Shown in pieces: positions 1 to 9,817 of a stretch of 64,000 nucleotides of DNA. The notes below the pieces were generated by a model that saw only the letters and a list, made by a program, of their open reading frames with translations, searched no databases and had not been told where the DNA came from. Origin of the DNA: an uncultured Candidatus Saccharibacteria bacterium. GTDB lineage: Bacteria; Patescibacteriota; Minisyncoccia; Phycocordibacterales; Phycocordibacteraceae. Both the position numbers and the translations under genes were made by a program. The stretch covers positions 120,330 to 184,329 of the forward strand of contig CAYGGK010000001.1 of the NCBI GenBank assembly GCA_964349555.1, given 5' to 3'. Within the stretch, counting starts at the first letter, position 1; every line of letters begins with the position of its first letter.

Positions 1-54
1 GCATTTGATCGGGCGCGCTTTGAAGGAAGGCTTGAGAAACCTCTTTCACACAGG

Positions 55-1656
55 ATGTTTTTTTATCTCGCAACGGTGCTCGCCCTGTTATTTTTTGTCC
101 TTACCGCTCGCGCCTGGAGCCTGCAGGTCACTGATGGCGAGAGCTTTGCCTCTTTAAGCGATAACAACAGTCTGAGCGTCACAACGCTCTTCTCCTCGCG
201 CGGGGTCATCACGGACTTCCAGGGAGTCATTCTTGCCGAAAATGTAGAACAACCGGACGACTCGCCTGACGACGGTCAGGGCGTCACACGACGCAATTAC
301 CCGGTGCCTTCTCTCGGTCAGGTCATCGGATACGTCTCGTACCCGAAGAAAGATGCGAAAGGGATTTACTACGACACGACCGAGAAGGGTGTTGCTGGCA
401 TTGAAGCGGCCTATGATTCGCTTCTTGCCGGGAAGAACGGCGTGATACTCACCGAAAAAGATGCGTTCGGCAAAGTTCGTTCGGGTGGCACCGTCGTTGC
501 CGCAGAAAGCGGGAAGGCCTTAAGACTTTCAATTGACGCACGGATACAAGAACTCTTTGCGCGCGCGATTGCGCAGACGGTGCAGAGCAAAGGATTTATC
601 GCCGGCTCCGGCATTATCATGTTGGTGGATACTGGCGCGGTGCGCGCAATGGTCTCCTATCCGAGTTACGACCCGAACGTTATTGCGAATGACAGTTCTC
701 CTGAAATTATCGCCGCGTATGCCGCGGATCCGGGACGTCCGTTTCTCAACCATGCCGTGAGTGGCGTCTATGCTCCCGGGTCTATCGTAAAACCATTCGT
801 TGCCGCCGGAGCCCTTACCGACGGCATTATCACACCGACTACAATCATCAATGACCCCGGGTTCATCTCATTGCCGGATCCGTATAATCCAGGCAAAAAA
901 TTCATCTTTAGAAGTTGGAAAGAGCTTGGCGCTATGGATGTGAGAGGAGCTCTCGCGTGGTCTTCAAGCGTGTTTTTTTATGAGATTAGCGGAGGATTCG
1001 GCTCTCAAAAAGGACTTGGCATTGACCGGCTTGAATACTGGTATCGTCAGTTCGGTCTCGGGAGCCCAACAGGGATAGATTTGCACGGAGAAGCGGACGG
1101 GCTCATCCCAACCCCCGCATGGAAGAAGGCAACGTATGACGAGCCCTGGTATCTTGGAGACACTTATTTTACGGCTATTGGACAATACTCCATGCAGGTG
1201 ACGCCGATACAAATGGTTCGGGCGGTCGCCGCCCTCGCCAGTGGGGGGAAACTCTTTACCCCGAGTCTGGTCGAGGGGTTCACTCCGACGTTGTCTGCGG
1301 ACACGACGCCGTCATACACAACCGTCTCCGCGAGCGCCGAAGCGCTCGCGGTCGCGCGCGAGGGTATGCGGCAAGCGGTGACGAGCGCGATTGCCGGCGC
1401 TCTGAATCTCCCGTATGTAAGCGTTGCGGCTAAGACTGGTACGGCCGAAACGGGTACGCACAACCAATATGTCAATTCATGGGTTGAGGGATTTTTCCCA
1501 TATGAAAACCCGCGGTACGCATTCGTTGTCGTGCTTGAAAGAGGGCCGGTTGGTACAGGGGGCCAAGCGACGCAAGCCATGCGCGAATTCTTCAGTTCTC
1601 TATACGCCGAAAACTCTCCTTATCTTGGTGACGCCGCAACAGCGCTTGCACAATAA
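55..1656 (+). CDS. Penicillin-binding protein 2-type peptidoglycan transpeptidase
   Basis: 533 aa with an N-terminal TM helix, the SxxK motif (SIVKP) and the KTG motif (AAKTGTAE). The overall layout is typical of class B PBPs. Confidence 0.8.
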   Translation: MFFYLATVLALLFFVLTARAWSLQVTDGESFASLSDNNSLSVTTLFSSRGVITDFQGVILAENVEQPDDSPDDGQGVTRRNYPVPSLGQVIGYVSYPKKDAKGIYYDTTEKGVAGIEAAYDSLLAGKNGVILTEKDAFGKVRSGGTVVAAESGKALRLSIDARIQELFARAIAQTVQSKGFIAGSGIIMLVDTGAVRAMVSYPSYDPNVIANDSSPEIIAAYAADPGRPFLNHAVSGVYAPGSIVKPFVAAGALTDGIITPTTIINDPGFISLPDPYNPGKKFIFRSWKELGAMDVRGALAWSSSVFFYEISGGFGSQKGLGIDRLEYWYRQFGLGSPTGIDLHGEADGLIPTPAWKKATYDEPWYLGDTYFTAIGQYSMQVTPIQMVRAVAALASGGKLFTPSLVEGFTPTLSADTTPSYTTVSASAEALAVAREGMRQAVTSAIAGALNLPYVSVAAKTGTAETGTHNQYVNSWVEGFFPYENPRYAFVVVLERGPVGTGGQATQAMREFFSSLYAENSPYLGDAATALAQ

Positions 1657-1685
1657 CAACACTCACGTACAATGCCAGCATCACT

Positions 1686-2159
1686 ATGAGCGATACGCAA
1701 GATATCGTCGTCTCGCAAGAAAAGTTTGATGAGATGATTAAAGAGCTGGAACACCTGAAGACGGTGCGTCGCACCGAAATAGCGAAAAACCTGGAGTATG
1801 CGCGGGCGCTCGGCGACCTCTCGGAGAACGCCGAGTATCAGGAGGCGCGCGATCTGCAAGCGGCGACCGAGGAGCGCATCAAGAAACTTGAGGAGTTGGT
1901 GAAGTACACGAAGATTTATACCAACGGCAAGAAAAAGAGCGAGGTCAGCTTCAATTCAAAAGTTTCAATAAAAAAAGAAGGGAACGATGATGTTCATGAA
2001 TATATCATTGTCGGAAGCGAGGAGGCAGACATGCGCGTGAAGAAACTCTCGCACGTCTCTCCCCTCGGGGCCGCGCTGATGGGAAAGAAGAAAGGTGACG
2101 TTTTCACCTTTGAGACTCCCGCGGGCAAACAGACCTACACGATAGAGAAGGTAGCCTAG
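1686..2159 (+). CDS. greA: Transcription elongation factor GreA
   Basis: 157 aa. An N-terminal coiled-coil (…KELEHLKTVRRTEIAKNLEYARALGDLSENAEYQEA…) is followed by a C-terminal FKBP-like domain, which is the GreA signature. Confidence 0.85.
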   Translation: MSDTQDIVVSQEKFDEMIKELEHLKTVRRTEIAKNLEYARALGDLSENAEYQEARDLQAATEERIKKLEELVKYTKIYTNGKKKSEVSFNSKVSIKKEGNDDVHEYIIVGSEEADMRVKKLSHVSPLGAALMGKKKGDVFTFETPAGKQTYTIEKVA

Positions 2160-2183
2160 GGAACATAATGGTACGATAAGCCC

Positions 2184-3755
2184 ATGCTTTGGGTCGATCG
2201 GGTAGCAAGCGAGATACGAGGTACGCGCACACCGCGCGACGGCAAGACGTTTGTTATTCGCGATGAAAAAACTATTTCGGGCCGCGCGCACGTTGGGAGC
2301 ATGCGCGGCGTCGCCGTGCACGGCCTCATTTCTGAGGTACTTGCAGAATATGGTATCGCGCAGGAGTTCCACTTCGAACTTAACGATTTTGATCCGTTTG
2401 ATTCCGTACCAGAGTATCTTGATGAGGAAAAGTTTAGGGAACATCTCGGGAAACCACTGTATACCGTACCGAGCCCCGAACCCGGCTTCGCGAATTACGC
2501 CGAATATTTTGGTGCAGAATTTATTGACGTGCATAAAAAGGCCGGTTTCTCCCCGCGTTATTATCGAGCGACTGAACTCTACCGCTCTGGGAAGATGGAT
2601 GAATTTATCAAAAAAGCGCTTGAACGCGCGGACGACATTCGTAGAATCCTGAAAGAAGTCTCCGGTTCCGCGAAGGATGAGTCATGGCTACCCGTTTCAA
2701 TCGTATGTGAGAAATGCGGAAAAATAATGACGACTCGTACGTATGATTTTGACGGTGAGACCGTTGCGTACACCTGCGACCGTTCTCCGGACGAGTGCGT
2801 ACCTTGTGGTTACGCGGGGCGCGTCGCGCCGTGGAGTGGTGCGGCGAAACTATTCTGGAAGGTTGACTGGGCGGCGAAATGGATAGCCCAGGGCGTTGAT
2901 ATTGAGGGCGGAGGAAAGGACCATTCAACAAAGGGAGGCTCCCGGGACGTCGCGAACCATATCGCGCGTGAAGTGTTCGGCTACGAACCGCCGTTTGATA
3001 TACCGTACGAATTCTTCCTCGTCGGCGGGAAGAAGATGTCTTCCTCTAAAGGTCGCGGGAGTAGTGCCAAAGATATATGCGACCTCTTTCCTACAGAAAT
3101 ATTCCGCCTCGCGCTCATCGGCAAAGATATTCGCGAGCAGATTGACGTGGACCCTTCGGGAGAGTCTGTGCCGAAAATCTACGACTGGTATGACGAACTC
3201 GCCCTTGGCGTGCGGGAAGGGAAGGCGGACGATTACTCGCGTTTGTACTCGCTCTGCGAGCTCCCGGAGAATCGCGCCGGACTCTCTGCTCCATGGCAGA
3301 TGAGATTTCGTGAAGTGGCGTTTATCGTGCAGATGCCGCATCTGGAACTCAAGGCAGAAGCAGAAATGGCAAAGGGAGCTGAGTTGACAGAAGATGAAGT
3401 TAAAAAGCTGGAGGAGCGCGCGAGGTCGGCGAAGTTTTGGCTCGCGGCGTATGCGCCAGAAGAATTTAAATATGAACTGCAAGAGAAGATGCCAAGCGTC
3501 GAACTTTCAGATGTGCAGAAAAGAGCTCTCGCCGGTCTCGCCGATTTTTTTGGGAGCGCGGAACGTTCGGGAGAAGAGCTCCATTTACGTCTCCATGAGC
3601 TCAAGACAGAAATTCCCATAGAACCGAAAGAATTGTTCCAAGCGATATATCGCGTATTTCTCAATCGCGATTCCGGCCCCAAGGCAGGATGGTTCCTCGC
3701 CGGTCTCTCGCGCGATTTTGTCATCGCTCGTCTCAAAGAAGTAGTGAATCAGTAA
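2184..3755 (+). CDS. lysK: Class I (archaeal-type) lysyl-tRNA synthetase
   Basis: 523 aa. It carries a HIGH-like region (RAHVGSMRG), a KMSKS-like motif (KMSSSKG) and a Cys-rich zinc knuckle (CEKCGK…C…C). The length matches LysRS-I. Confidence 0.55.
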   Translation: MLWVDRVASEIRGTRTPRDGKTFVIRDEKTISGRAHVGSMRGVAVHGLISEVLAEYGIAQEFHFELNDFDPFDSVPEYLDEEKFREHLGKPLYTVPSPEPGFANYAEYFGAEFIDVHKKAGFSPRYYRATELYRSGKMDEFIKKALERADDIRRILKEVSGSAKDESWLPVSIVCEKCGKIMTTRTYDFDGETVAYTCDRSPDECVPCGYAGRVAPWSGAAKLFWKVDWAAKWIAQGVDIEGGGKDHSTKGGSRDVANHIAREVFGYEPPFDIPYEFFLVGGKKMSSSKGRGSSAKDICDLFPTEIFRLALIGKDIREQIDVDPSGESVPKIYDWYDELALGVREGKADDYSRLYSLCELPENRAGLSAPWQMRFREVAFIVQMPHLELKAEAEMAKGAELTEDEVKKLEERARSAKFWLAAYAPEEFKYELQEKMPSVELSDVQKRALAGLADFFGSAERSGEELHLRLHELKTEIPIEPKELFQAIYRVFLNRDSGPKAGWFLAGLSRDFVIARLKEVVNQ

Positions 3756-3820
3756 AATTCGTTTGTATAAAAACAGAAACCGCCCGACAAAGCCGAACGG
3801 CTCTGAGGCGGCGCAATCGA

Positions 3821-4330
3821 TCAGGTGGGTTCAACCCGTTTCCTCACGAAAAATGTGTGCGCGAGTTCGATTTCATAAGTGCCATTCTTCTTCGTCACGT
3901 AAACGCCGCCAACAGCAATTCCTTCCGCTCCCATGGTCTTGAACGCGCGAGGCTTATCTGCGTGGTAGTCAGCGGACATCTTTCCAAAGCGTGCTTCGAG
4001 AGCTCCAGCAACGGCTCCTTCTAAGAAGCCAAGATTGAGCCAGCCTTCGCCGAGGCCAAAGCCGACATATGTGCCGCCAAATGGTTCCTTGTTGGGTCGG
4101 GGATGGGTAGACACTCTCGGAAGGCTGGTGATTGCCTTGTCATTCACCCTGACAGCCGCACAGAGGAGATCGAGATCAGCCAGTAGAGTGTCGCAGATTT
4201 GCTCGACGGCTGAGTTCGGCTTCTTCGAGAGTTCCTTGGCAATCCTGGTTAACTTATCGTAGATTTTTGGAAGCTTTCTTTTCGGCCCTTTTTTCCGAAC
4301 CACTTTCGCAGAGGCAGTATCTTTTGGCAT
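3821..4330 (-). CDS. Hypothetical protein with a Lys-rich N-terminus
   Basis: ORF 3821..4417. The likely start is the Met of MPKDTASAKVVRKKGPKRK. It is divergent from mraZ. No recognisable domain. Confidence 0.4.
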   Translation of the reverse strand: MPKDTASAKVVRKKGPKRKLPKIYDKLTRIAKELSKKPNSAVEQICDTLLADLDLLCAAVRVNDKAITSLPRVSTHPRPNKEPFGGTYVGFGLGEGWLNLGFLEGAVAGALEARFGKMSADYHADKPRAFKTMGAEGIAVGGVYVTKKNGTYEIELAHTFFVRKRVEPT

Positions 4331-4449
4331 GACTTTACTCCAGTTTGGTTGAGGGGATAGAAGCGAGAGAACCAGCGTTCCAGTGTAATCAGTAACATTA
4401 TACAAACACCGTGTCAATCCCTTGTACAGGTGTGGATAACTAAGATAGG

Positions 4450-4512
4450 GTGGTGGGGAGGAGTGGGATATACTTCACTGATGGCTAGTAGAGTGGGAAG
4501 CGGGAGTGGTGG
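4450..4512 (+). promoter_or_regulatory. Candidate MraZ operator
   Basis: GTGGG repeats sit about 10 bp apart, just upstream of mraZ: GTGGG at 4453 and 4463, GTGGG at 4493, GTGGT at 4506. Confidence 0.45.
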
Positions 4513-4544
4513 CCTATTCCCCAACCGATTAGCCGTCAGTCACT

Positions 4545-4985
4545 ATGTTTCTCGGAGAATATATTCACATTTTTGATCCAAAAAATAGGATTTCGATTCC
4601 ATCGAAATTCAGAAAGGACCTTGGCCGTGTCGTCGTTGTGACGCGCGGCCTTGATAATTGTTTGTACCTCTACTCTCGCAAGGCGTGGGAGAGGGAGGCA
4701 CGAACCTATGCGGCTGAAATAAATGGGAGCGCGGCACGGCGCGGTCTTGCGCGCCTTTTTCTTGCCGGTTCTTCCGAAGTTGAGGTTGATCGATCTGGCC
4801 GGGTGCTTGTTCCCGAGCACCTGAAGTCTTTTGCCTCAATCAAAGAAAAAGCAGTTATCGCTGGCGTCGCTGACCGAGTAGAGATATGGGAAGAACGCGC
4901 GTGGAAGAAGTACACCGCAGGCATCGAACGCGACGCTAACGCATTTGCCGAGACCCTTGATAGTAACGCCAGTAATAAACACTAG
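4545..4985 (+). CDS. mraZ: Transcriptional regulator MraZ
   Basis: 146 aa. Two MraZ/SpoVT-AbrB-like halves (MFLGEYIHIFDPKNRISIPSKFR… and …SGRVLVPEHLKSFA…). Confidence 0.85.
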   Translation: MFLGEYIHIFDPKNRISIPSKFRKDLGRVVVVTRGLDNCLYLYSRKAWEREARTYAAEINGSAARRGLARLFLAGSSEVEVDRSGRVLVPEHLKSFASIKEKAVIAGVADRVEIWEERAWKKYTAGIERDANAFAETLDSNASNKH

Positions 4986-4986
4986 T

Positions 4987-5934
4987 ATGGAAGCTCGCCA
5001 CGATAGCGTACTTATGACTGAAGTGCTTGAAGCGCTCAAGGTACAGCAGGGCGACACGGTAGTGGACGCGACCTTAGGAGGGGCCGGGCACTTCGGAGCA
5101 CTTTTTGCGGAGCTCGGAGAGGCCGGCGTCATTATCGGCATAGACGCCGACCCGGCGGCCGTAGAGCGCGGGCGCGAAGCGTACGCGCTCGATCGGCGCT
5201 CGGAGAGGCCGGTCGCACATATAGTGAATGACAATTTTCGCAACCTCTCTCGTATAGTGGAGAGGCTCGGGATTGGGTCGGTGGACGCGATACTCTTTGA
5301 CCTTGGTTGGAGCGGATATCAGATAGCTTCGCCGCGGGGCTTCTCGTTCCAAAATGAAGAGCCGCTTCTTATGACGTATGGAGAAACAGGAGAAACGGCC
5401 GCCGACATCGTCAACAGCTCTTCAGAAAAACAACTTGCGGATATGATTTTCACGTACGGCGAAGAGCGTTTCGCGCGCAGTATCGCGCGCGCGATTGTAG
5501 AAGCTCGCTCGAAAGAACGCATACTCACGACCGGCGCGCTCGTTTCCGCAATCAAGGCCGGTACGCCGAAGTGGTATCACGAGGGGAAGTCTCACTTCGC
5601 GACAAAAACATTCCAAGCGCTTCGTATCGCGGTTAATGACGAGATCGCGGCCCTTCGTGAAGGGCTCACTGCGGCGCTGAGTTCACTCGCTCCTGGCGGA
5701 CGACTGGCTGTCATCTCATTTCATAGCATTGAGGACCGCGTCGTGAAGAATCTATTGCGTGATGCGGAGCACGCCGGCGTTGGCACGGCGACTGCGAAAA
5801 AACCAATCGTACCGACACGCGCAGAAGTTCTCGCAAACCGCCGTGCGCGAAGCGCGAAGATGCGCGTATTCAAGCGGTCGACTGTTCATTCCGAGCTCAT
5901 GAGTCCCGTTGCGCCAATTTTTAGATATGTCTAA
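4987..5934 (+). CDS. rsmH: 16S rRNA m4C1402 methyltransferase RsmH (MraW)
   Basis: VDATLGGAGHFG SAM motif and FDLGWSGYQ. It follows mraZ directly. Start taken at MEARHD. Confidence 0.85.
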   Translation: MEARHDSVLMTEVLEALKVQQGDTVVDATLGGAGHFGALFAELGEAGVIIGIDADPAAVERGREAYALDRRSERPVAHIVNDNFRNLSRIVERLGIGSVDAILFDLGWSGYQIASPRGFSFQNEEPLLMTYGETGETAADIVNSSSEKQLADMIFTYGEERFARSIARAIVEARSKERILTTGALVSAIKAGTPKWYHEGKSHFATKTFQALRIAVNDEIAALREGLTAALSSLAPGGRLAVISFHSIEDRVVKNLLRDAEHAGVGTATAKKPIVPTRAEVLANRRARSAKMRVFKRSTVHSELMSPVAPIFRYV

Positions 5935-6223
5935 TTTTCGCTCATATGTCGTCGCGATTTCTCCAGTGACGCTCTGCTCTTTTGTAGTGGCGATTCTTGC
6001 CGTCGCGTATATTGGTCTTCTTGCCGTTGTTATGAACTACGCGGCGCTTACCGTTGAATTTTCGCAGTCGGTGCGGGACGAGGAGTCCGTCGTTGCGGCA
6101 CTTGAAGGGCAGTATCTTGCCGAGGTCGCGCGCATAACGACGACGGACTACACCAGTGACGGCTACGCGGTGCCGCTTAAGAAAGTGTTCGTTCGAATGA
6201 GCGGTGCGACTGCGTTGCGTTAA
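5927..6223 (+). CDS. FtsL-like small bitopic cell-division protein
   Basis: Small protein with a single TM helix, sitting between rsmH and ftsI. Its start overlaps the rsmH stop. Confidence 0.5.
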   Translation: MSNFRSYVVAISPVTLCSFVVAILAVAYIGLLAVVMNYAALTVEFSQSVRDEESVVAALEGQYLAEVARITTTDYTSDGYAVPLKKVFVRMSGATALR

Positions 6224-6232
6224 AACAGAATC

Positions 6233-8011
6233 ATGCGAGCGCAGTTCCGTTTCCGTATCCGCCTCATTCTTGCGGTCGTTATTTTTGTCGCGCTCTGTAT
6301 CCTTGTGAGACTGTATTTTGTTCAAATTGTGAATGGAGAAGAATACGCGCAGAAGGCCGATCGTCAATTCGCCTCCGGAAGCGGGCGACTCTTTGATCGT
6401 GGGACGATTTATTTCACTCGGAAGGATGGTTCGTTAATCTCCGCGGCGACGCTCTCCAGCGGCTTCCTCGTCGCCATCAATCCGCAAACGCTCACTGATC
6501 CAGAGTCCGCGTACGCCGCCATAACGGCCGTCGCTTCCTCAACGCTCTCACACAAGGCGTTTCTCGCCGCCGCCGCGAAGAAGTCGCAGGTATATATAGA
6601 AGTCGCCCATCGTCTCTCTGACGCTGAAGGACGCGCGCTTGCGACCAAGGAGATTCCGGGAGTACATGTGTTGCGTGAGCGCTGGAGGACGTACCCCGGC
6701 CTCTCTCTCGCCTCGCAGTCTATCGGTATCGTCTCCTACGGCTCCGGCGATATTCTTGCGGGACGAACAGGTCTTGAAGCGATGTATGACGACACGCTCG
6801 CTCGCTCCGGCGACTCGCTGTATAAGAATTTCTTCTCAGAGCTTTTTTCCAATGTCGGGAATATACTGGTTTCTACAAAAGAGGTTAGAGAGGGCGATAT
6901 CATAACGACTATAGAGCCGGAAGTGCAGACGCACCTTGCAAACAGTCTCGCAAAACTAAATAAGCGTTATACGAGCAAAGAGTCCGGCGGGATCATTATG
7001 GACCCAGCTACTGGGGCGATTATAGCGATCGTGAGTTACCCGAGCTACGACGGCAACGACCTTAAGAGTGTTGACCCAGCGAGGCTCGGCAATCCTCTCG
7101 TAGAGCACGTGTACGAATTCGGTTCTATCATGAAGCCTCTCACGATGACTGCGGCGTTTGACGCCGGAGTCATCACTCCGCGGACGACCTATAACGATAC
7201 GGGCTGTATTACGGTAAATACGAGAAAGGTCTGCAACTGGGACCTCAAAGCGCGCGGTGTTATACCAGTAGAGCAGATTCTTCTGAAGTCGCTGAACGTC
7301 GGGGCGTCGTGGATGGCGGCCGAGCTGGGGCAAGAAAGGTTTCGCGCATACTTCGTTAAACTTTTTGGACAAAAGACGGGCATTGATATGCCGAACGAGA
7401 CAGGGGCCCTTCTTGGGAATCTCTCCAAGCCACAGCAGATCGGGTATGCTACTGCCTCGTTCGGACAGGGAATCGCGCTCACACCCGTGCAAATGATTCG
7501 AGCTCTCGGAGCCATAGCCAACAAGGGGGAGATGGTCCAGCCGCACTTGGTAAGCGCGATACGCCTTGATTCCGGCATAGAGCGAAAACTGGACTGGAAT
7601 GAAAAAGTTCCTGTTTTTTCTACGACGTCCACGCGCGAGACCATCGAGATAATGGGGAAGTTAAATGACGAGATCCTCTCTGAGGGAAAAGCAAAGATTC
7701 CGACTATGTCGGTGGCGGTGAAGACGGGAACGGCGCAACTCACCACGCCTGGGGGTGGCTATTATACCGACCGTTTCTTCCACTCATTTGTCGGCTTTTT
7801 CCCTTCGTACAATGCGCGCTTCATTATCCTGCTCTACACGAATGACCCGCAGGGCGTGCAGTACGCGTCGGAGACGCTTACCGCGACGTTCCTTGATCTT
7901 GTACGCTTTCTAATTGATTATTATGCCGTGCCGCCCGATCGTGGATTCGATGAACTCACCACAGGTGGATTCGACGAACTCACCACAGGCGGTCTTCCTT
8001 CTGAAATATGA
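6233..8011 (+). CDS. ftsI: Penicillin-binding protein FtsI-type transpeptidase
   Basis: 592 aa with SxxK (SIMKP) and KTG (VKTGTAQ) motifs. It sits in the dcw cluster. The C-terminus ends with a GFDELTTG x2 tandem repeat. Confidence 0.8.
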   Translation: MRAQFRFRIRLILAVVIFVALCILVRLYFVQIVNGEEYAQKADRQFASGSGRLFDRGTIYFTRKDGSLISAATLSSGFLVAINPQTLTDPESAYAAITAVASSTLSHKAFLAAAAKKSQVYIEVAHRLSDAEGRALATKEIPGVHVLRERWRTYPGLSLASQSIGIVSYGSGDILAGRTGLEAMYDDTLARSGDSLYKNFFSELFSNVGNILVSTKEVREGDIITTIEPEVQTHLANSLAKLNKRYTSKESGGIIMDPATGAIIAIVSYPSYDGNDLKSVDPARLGNPLVEHVYEFGSIMKPLTMTAAFDAGVITPRTTYNDTGCITVNTRKVCNWDLKARGVIPVEQILLKSLNVGASWMAAELGQERFRAYFVKLFGQKTGIDMPNETGALLGNLSKPQQIGYATASFGQGIALTPVQMIRALGAIANKGEMVQPHLVSAIRLDSGIERKLDWNEKVPVFSTTSTRETIEIMGKLNDEILSEGKAKIPTMSVAVKTGTAQLTTPGGGYYTDRFFHSFVGFFPSYNARFIILLYTNDPQGVQYASETLTATFLDLVRFLIDYYAVPPDRGFDELTTGGFDELTTGGLPSEI

Positions 8012-9312
8012 AAAATATTCTAAAATTAATTGTTACCGGCATTCTTGGGCTCGTCGCGCGAGCGGTGATACGTCGATATGAGCCGCGCATCGTTATGGTG
8101 AGCGGCTCGGTCGGGAAGACCTCTACAAAGGATGCGGTCGCGGCGGTGCTCTCTACCCGTTTTTTCGTACGCAAGAGCGAAAAGAGTTTTAACAGTGAGT
8201 GGGGGGTCCCCTTTACCATTCTCGGAGTAAAAAATCCGTGGCACAATCCGCTCGCGTGGGGTTCAATTATAAAACGTTCCTTCACGCTCCTTTTTCTGCC
8301 GAACCACTATCCGAACATGCTGGTGCTCGAGGTGGGCGCGGATAAGCGTGGCGACCTCTCTCGCATACTGCGCATCGCGACGCCCCACGCGGTCGTGATA
8401 ACGCGCCTCCCTGAGATACCGGTGCATGTTGAAGCGTATACGTCGCCTGAGGAGGTGCGGGAAGAAGAATTTTCTCCCGCATACGCCTTGCCGCCTGCCG
8501 CGCCCCTTATTATTCCGGCAGATGACCCATACGCAAGAAACAATGCCGCGCGCATCCCCGCGCGCGTTATGTCATACGGTGTCGAGAGCGATGCAGACGT
8601 GCGAGTAAGCGGCGTTGATTTTTATGAGAGCGAAGGAAAAGTCGCCGGGATGCAAGCGAGAGTGCGTGTAGGTGAAGAAGAGGGGGACATCATCGCGAAC
8701 AATTCTGTCGGCATAACACAGCTCCTGCCGATCGCGGCCGCCCTTGCCGTCGCGCAGGCTCTCGCGATACCTCTCGACGAAGCACTTACTGCATTAAAGA
8801 GCTACGAACCGCCGCCCGGTCGCGGGCGTCTTCTCAGAGGGAAGAACGGCTCAATCATCATTGACGATTCTTATAACTCTTCACCTGCCGCGGCTGAAGA
8901 AGCGCTCGCGACCCTAAAGACGTTCCCGAGGGCGAAACGCCCCTCCGCCGCCGAGGCTACGAAGGGCAGGCGCATCGCGGTGCTTGGCGACATGCTGGAA
9001 TTGGGGCGTTATTCGGTAACCGAGCACGAGCGCATAGGAGTGCTCGCGGATGAGTCGGCTGATTTGGTTGTTGCAGTCGGCATCCGCGCGAAGACATTTG
9101 CCGGGGCGTTTAAAAAGTCTGAAGGTATGCTGTTTGATAGTTCACGCTCCGCCGCGCTTGCTCTCCCGTCTCTCATTCGTGAGGGCGACGTCATTCTTGT
9201 AAAAGGTTCCCAGTCCGTCCGCACCGAACGCATCGTTGAAGCCCTTCTCGCGAATCCCTCTGATGCCTCCCTCCTCGTTCGCCAAGAACCCGAATGGAAA
9301 CGGAGGTTATAA
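8008..9312 (+). CDS. murF: UDP-N-acetylmuramoyl-tripeptide--D-alanyl-D-alanine ligase
   Basis: Mur ligase P-loop VMVSGSVGKTSTKD. It follows ftsI. Its last ~27 codons are repeated twice downstream. Confidence 0.8.
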   Translation: MKNILKLIVTGILGLVARAVIRRYEPRIVMVSGSVGKTSTKDAVAAVLSTRFFVRKSEKSFNSEWGVPFTILGVKNPWHNPLAWGSIIKRSFTLLFLPNHYPNMLVLEVGADKRGDLSRILRIATPHAVVITRLPEIPVHVEAYTSPEEVREEEFSPAYALPPAAPLIIPADDPYARNNAARIPARVMSYGVESDADVRVSGVDFYESEGKVAGMQARVRVGEEEGDIIANNSVGITQLLPIAAALAVAQALAIPLDEALTALKSYEPPPGRGRLLRGKNGSIIIDDSYNSSPAAAEEALATLKTFPRAKRPSAAEATKGRRIAVLGDMLELGRYSVTEHERIGVLADESADLVVAVGIRAKTFAGAFKKSEGMLFDSSRSAALALPSLIREGDVILVKGSQSVRTERIVEALLANPSDASLLVRQEPEWKRRL

Positions 9313-9349
9313 GTCCGCGTCTCTGTGCTTGCCCGCCCGCCCAGTGCAC

Positions 9350-9392
9350 GCACAACTCAGCCCCGCCGTTTTAGGAGACATTGTAAAACGGC
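9350..9392. terminator. Hairpin between convergent murF and SET gene
   Basis: agccccgccgtttta…taaaacggcggggct forms a ~15-bp stem. Confidence 0.5.
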
Positions 9393-9411
9393 GGGGCTGG
9401 CTCCCTACGCT

Positions 9412-9813
9412 CTATGACTTACGCTTTATGCCCCGCTTTTTTAAATCTTTCTCGGCTTCAAACTCTAAATAATTTTGTGTTAGTTCCTCGCCCTTCTTTA
9501 TATCTCGTGCCGCAACTAGGTGCGCTTCGGTAAAGTTTTTGTCCTGCGTTACGATCGCCTCGTAGGAGTGGTTGATAAAGTGCGTAACATCAAAATCAAC
9601 GTGCCACTTTTGGCTTGGTTCGTCAAAAAATCCCCAATACTGTATTTCGCGCCTTTCCTTTTCGTCGAGTGAATCAAACTGTTCTGGAGTTAGGTTCACA
9701 TCAAGAAGCGGACTTTGGGTGTAGATGAGTGTCCCTGCCGGTATATTTTCGTCAGCGAACATGCCAACGCCGTGATGCTCTGATTTATCCAGTTTGTACT
9801 TGATGTGTATCAT
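9412..9813 (-). CDS. SET-domain protein (putative protein lysine methyltransferase)
   Basis: GVGMFA…IPAGTLI, an NHS(Y) pseudo-knot region (FINHSYEA) and an ELTQNY post-SET-like motif. Start taken at MIHIKYK. Confidence 0.55.
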   Translation of the reverse strand: MIHIKYKLDKSEHHGVGMFADENIPAGTLIYTQSPLLDVNLTPEQFDSLDEKERREIQYWGFFDEPSQKWHVDFDVTHFINHSYEAIVTQDKNFTEAHLVAARDIKKGEELTQNYLEFEAEKDLKKRGIKRKS

Positions 9814-9817
9814 ACTG

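Noticed and set aside
2925-3736. Minus-strand ORFs of 185 and 167 aa
   Set aside because: They are antisense to the LysRS gene. They have no motifs and biased composition, so they are spurious.
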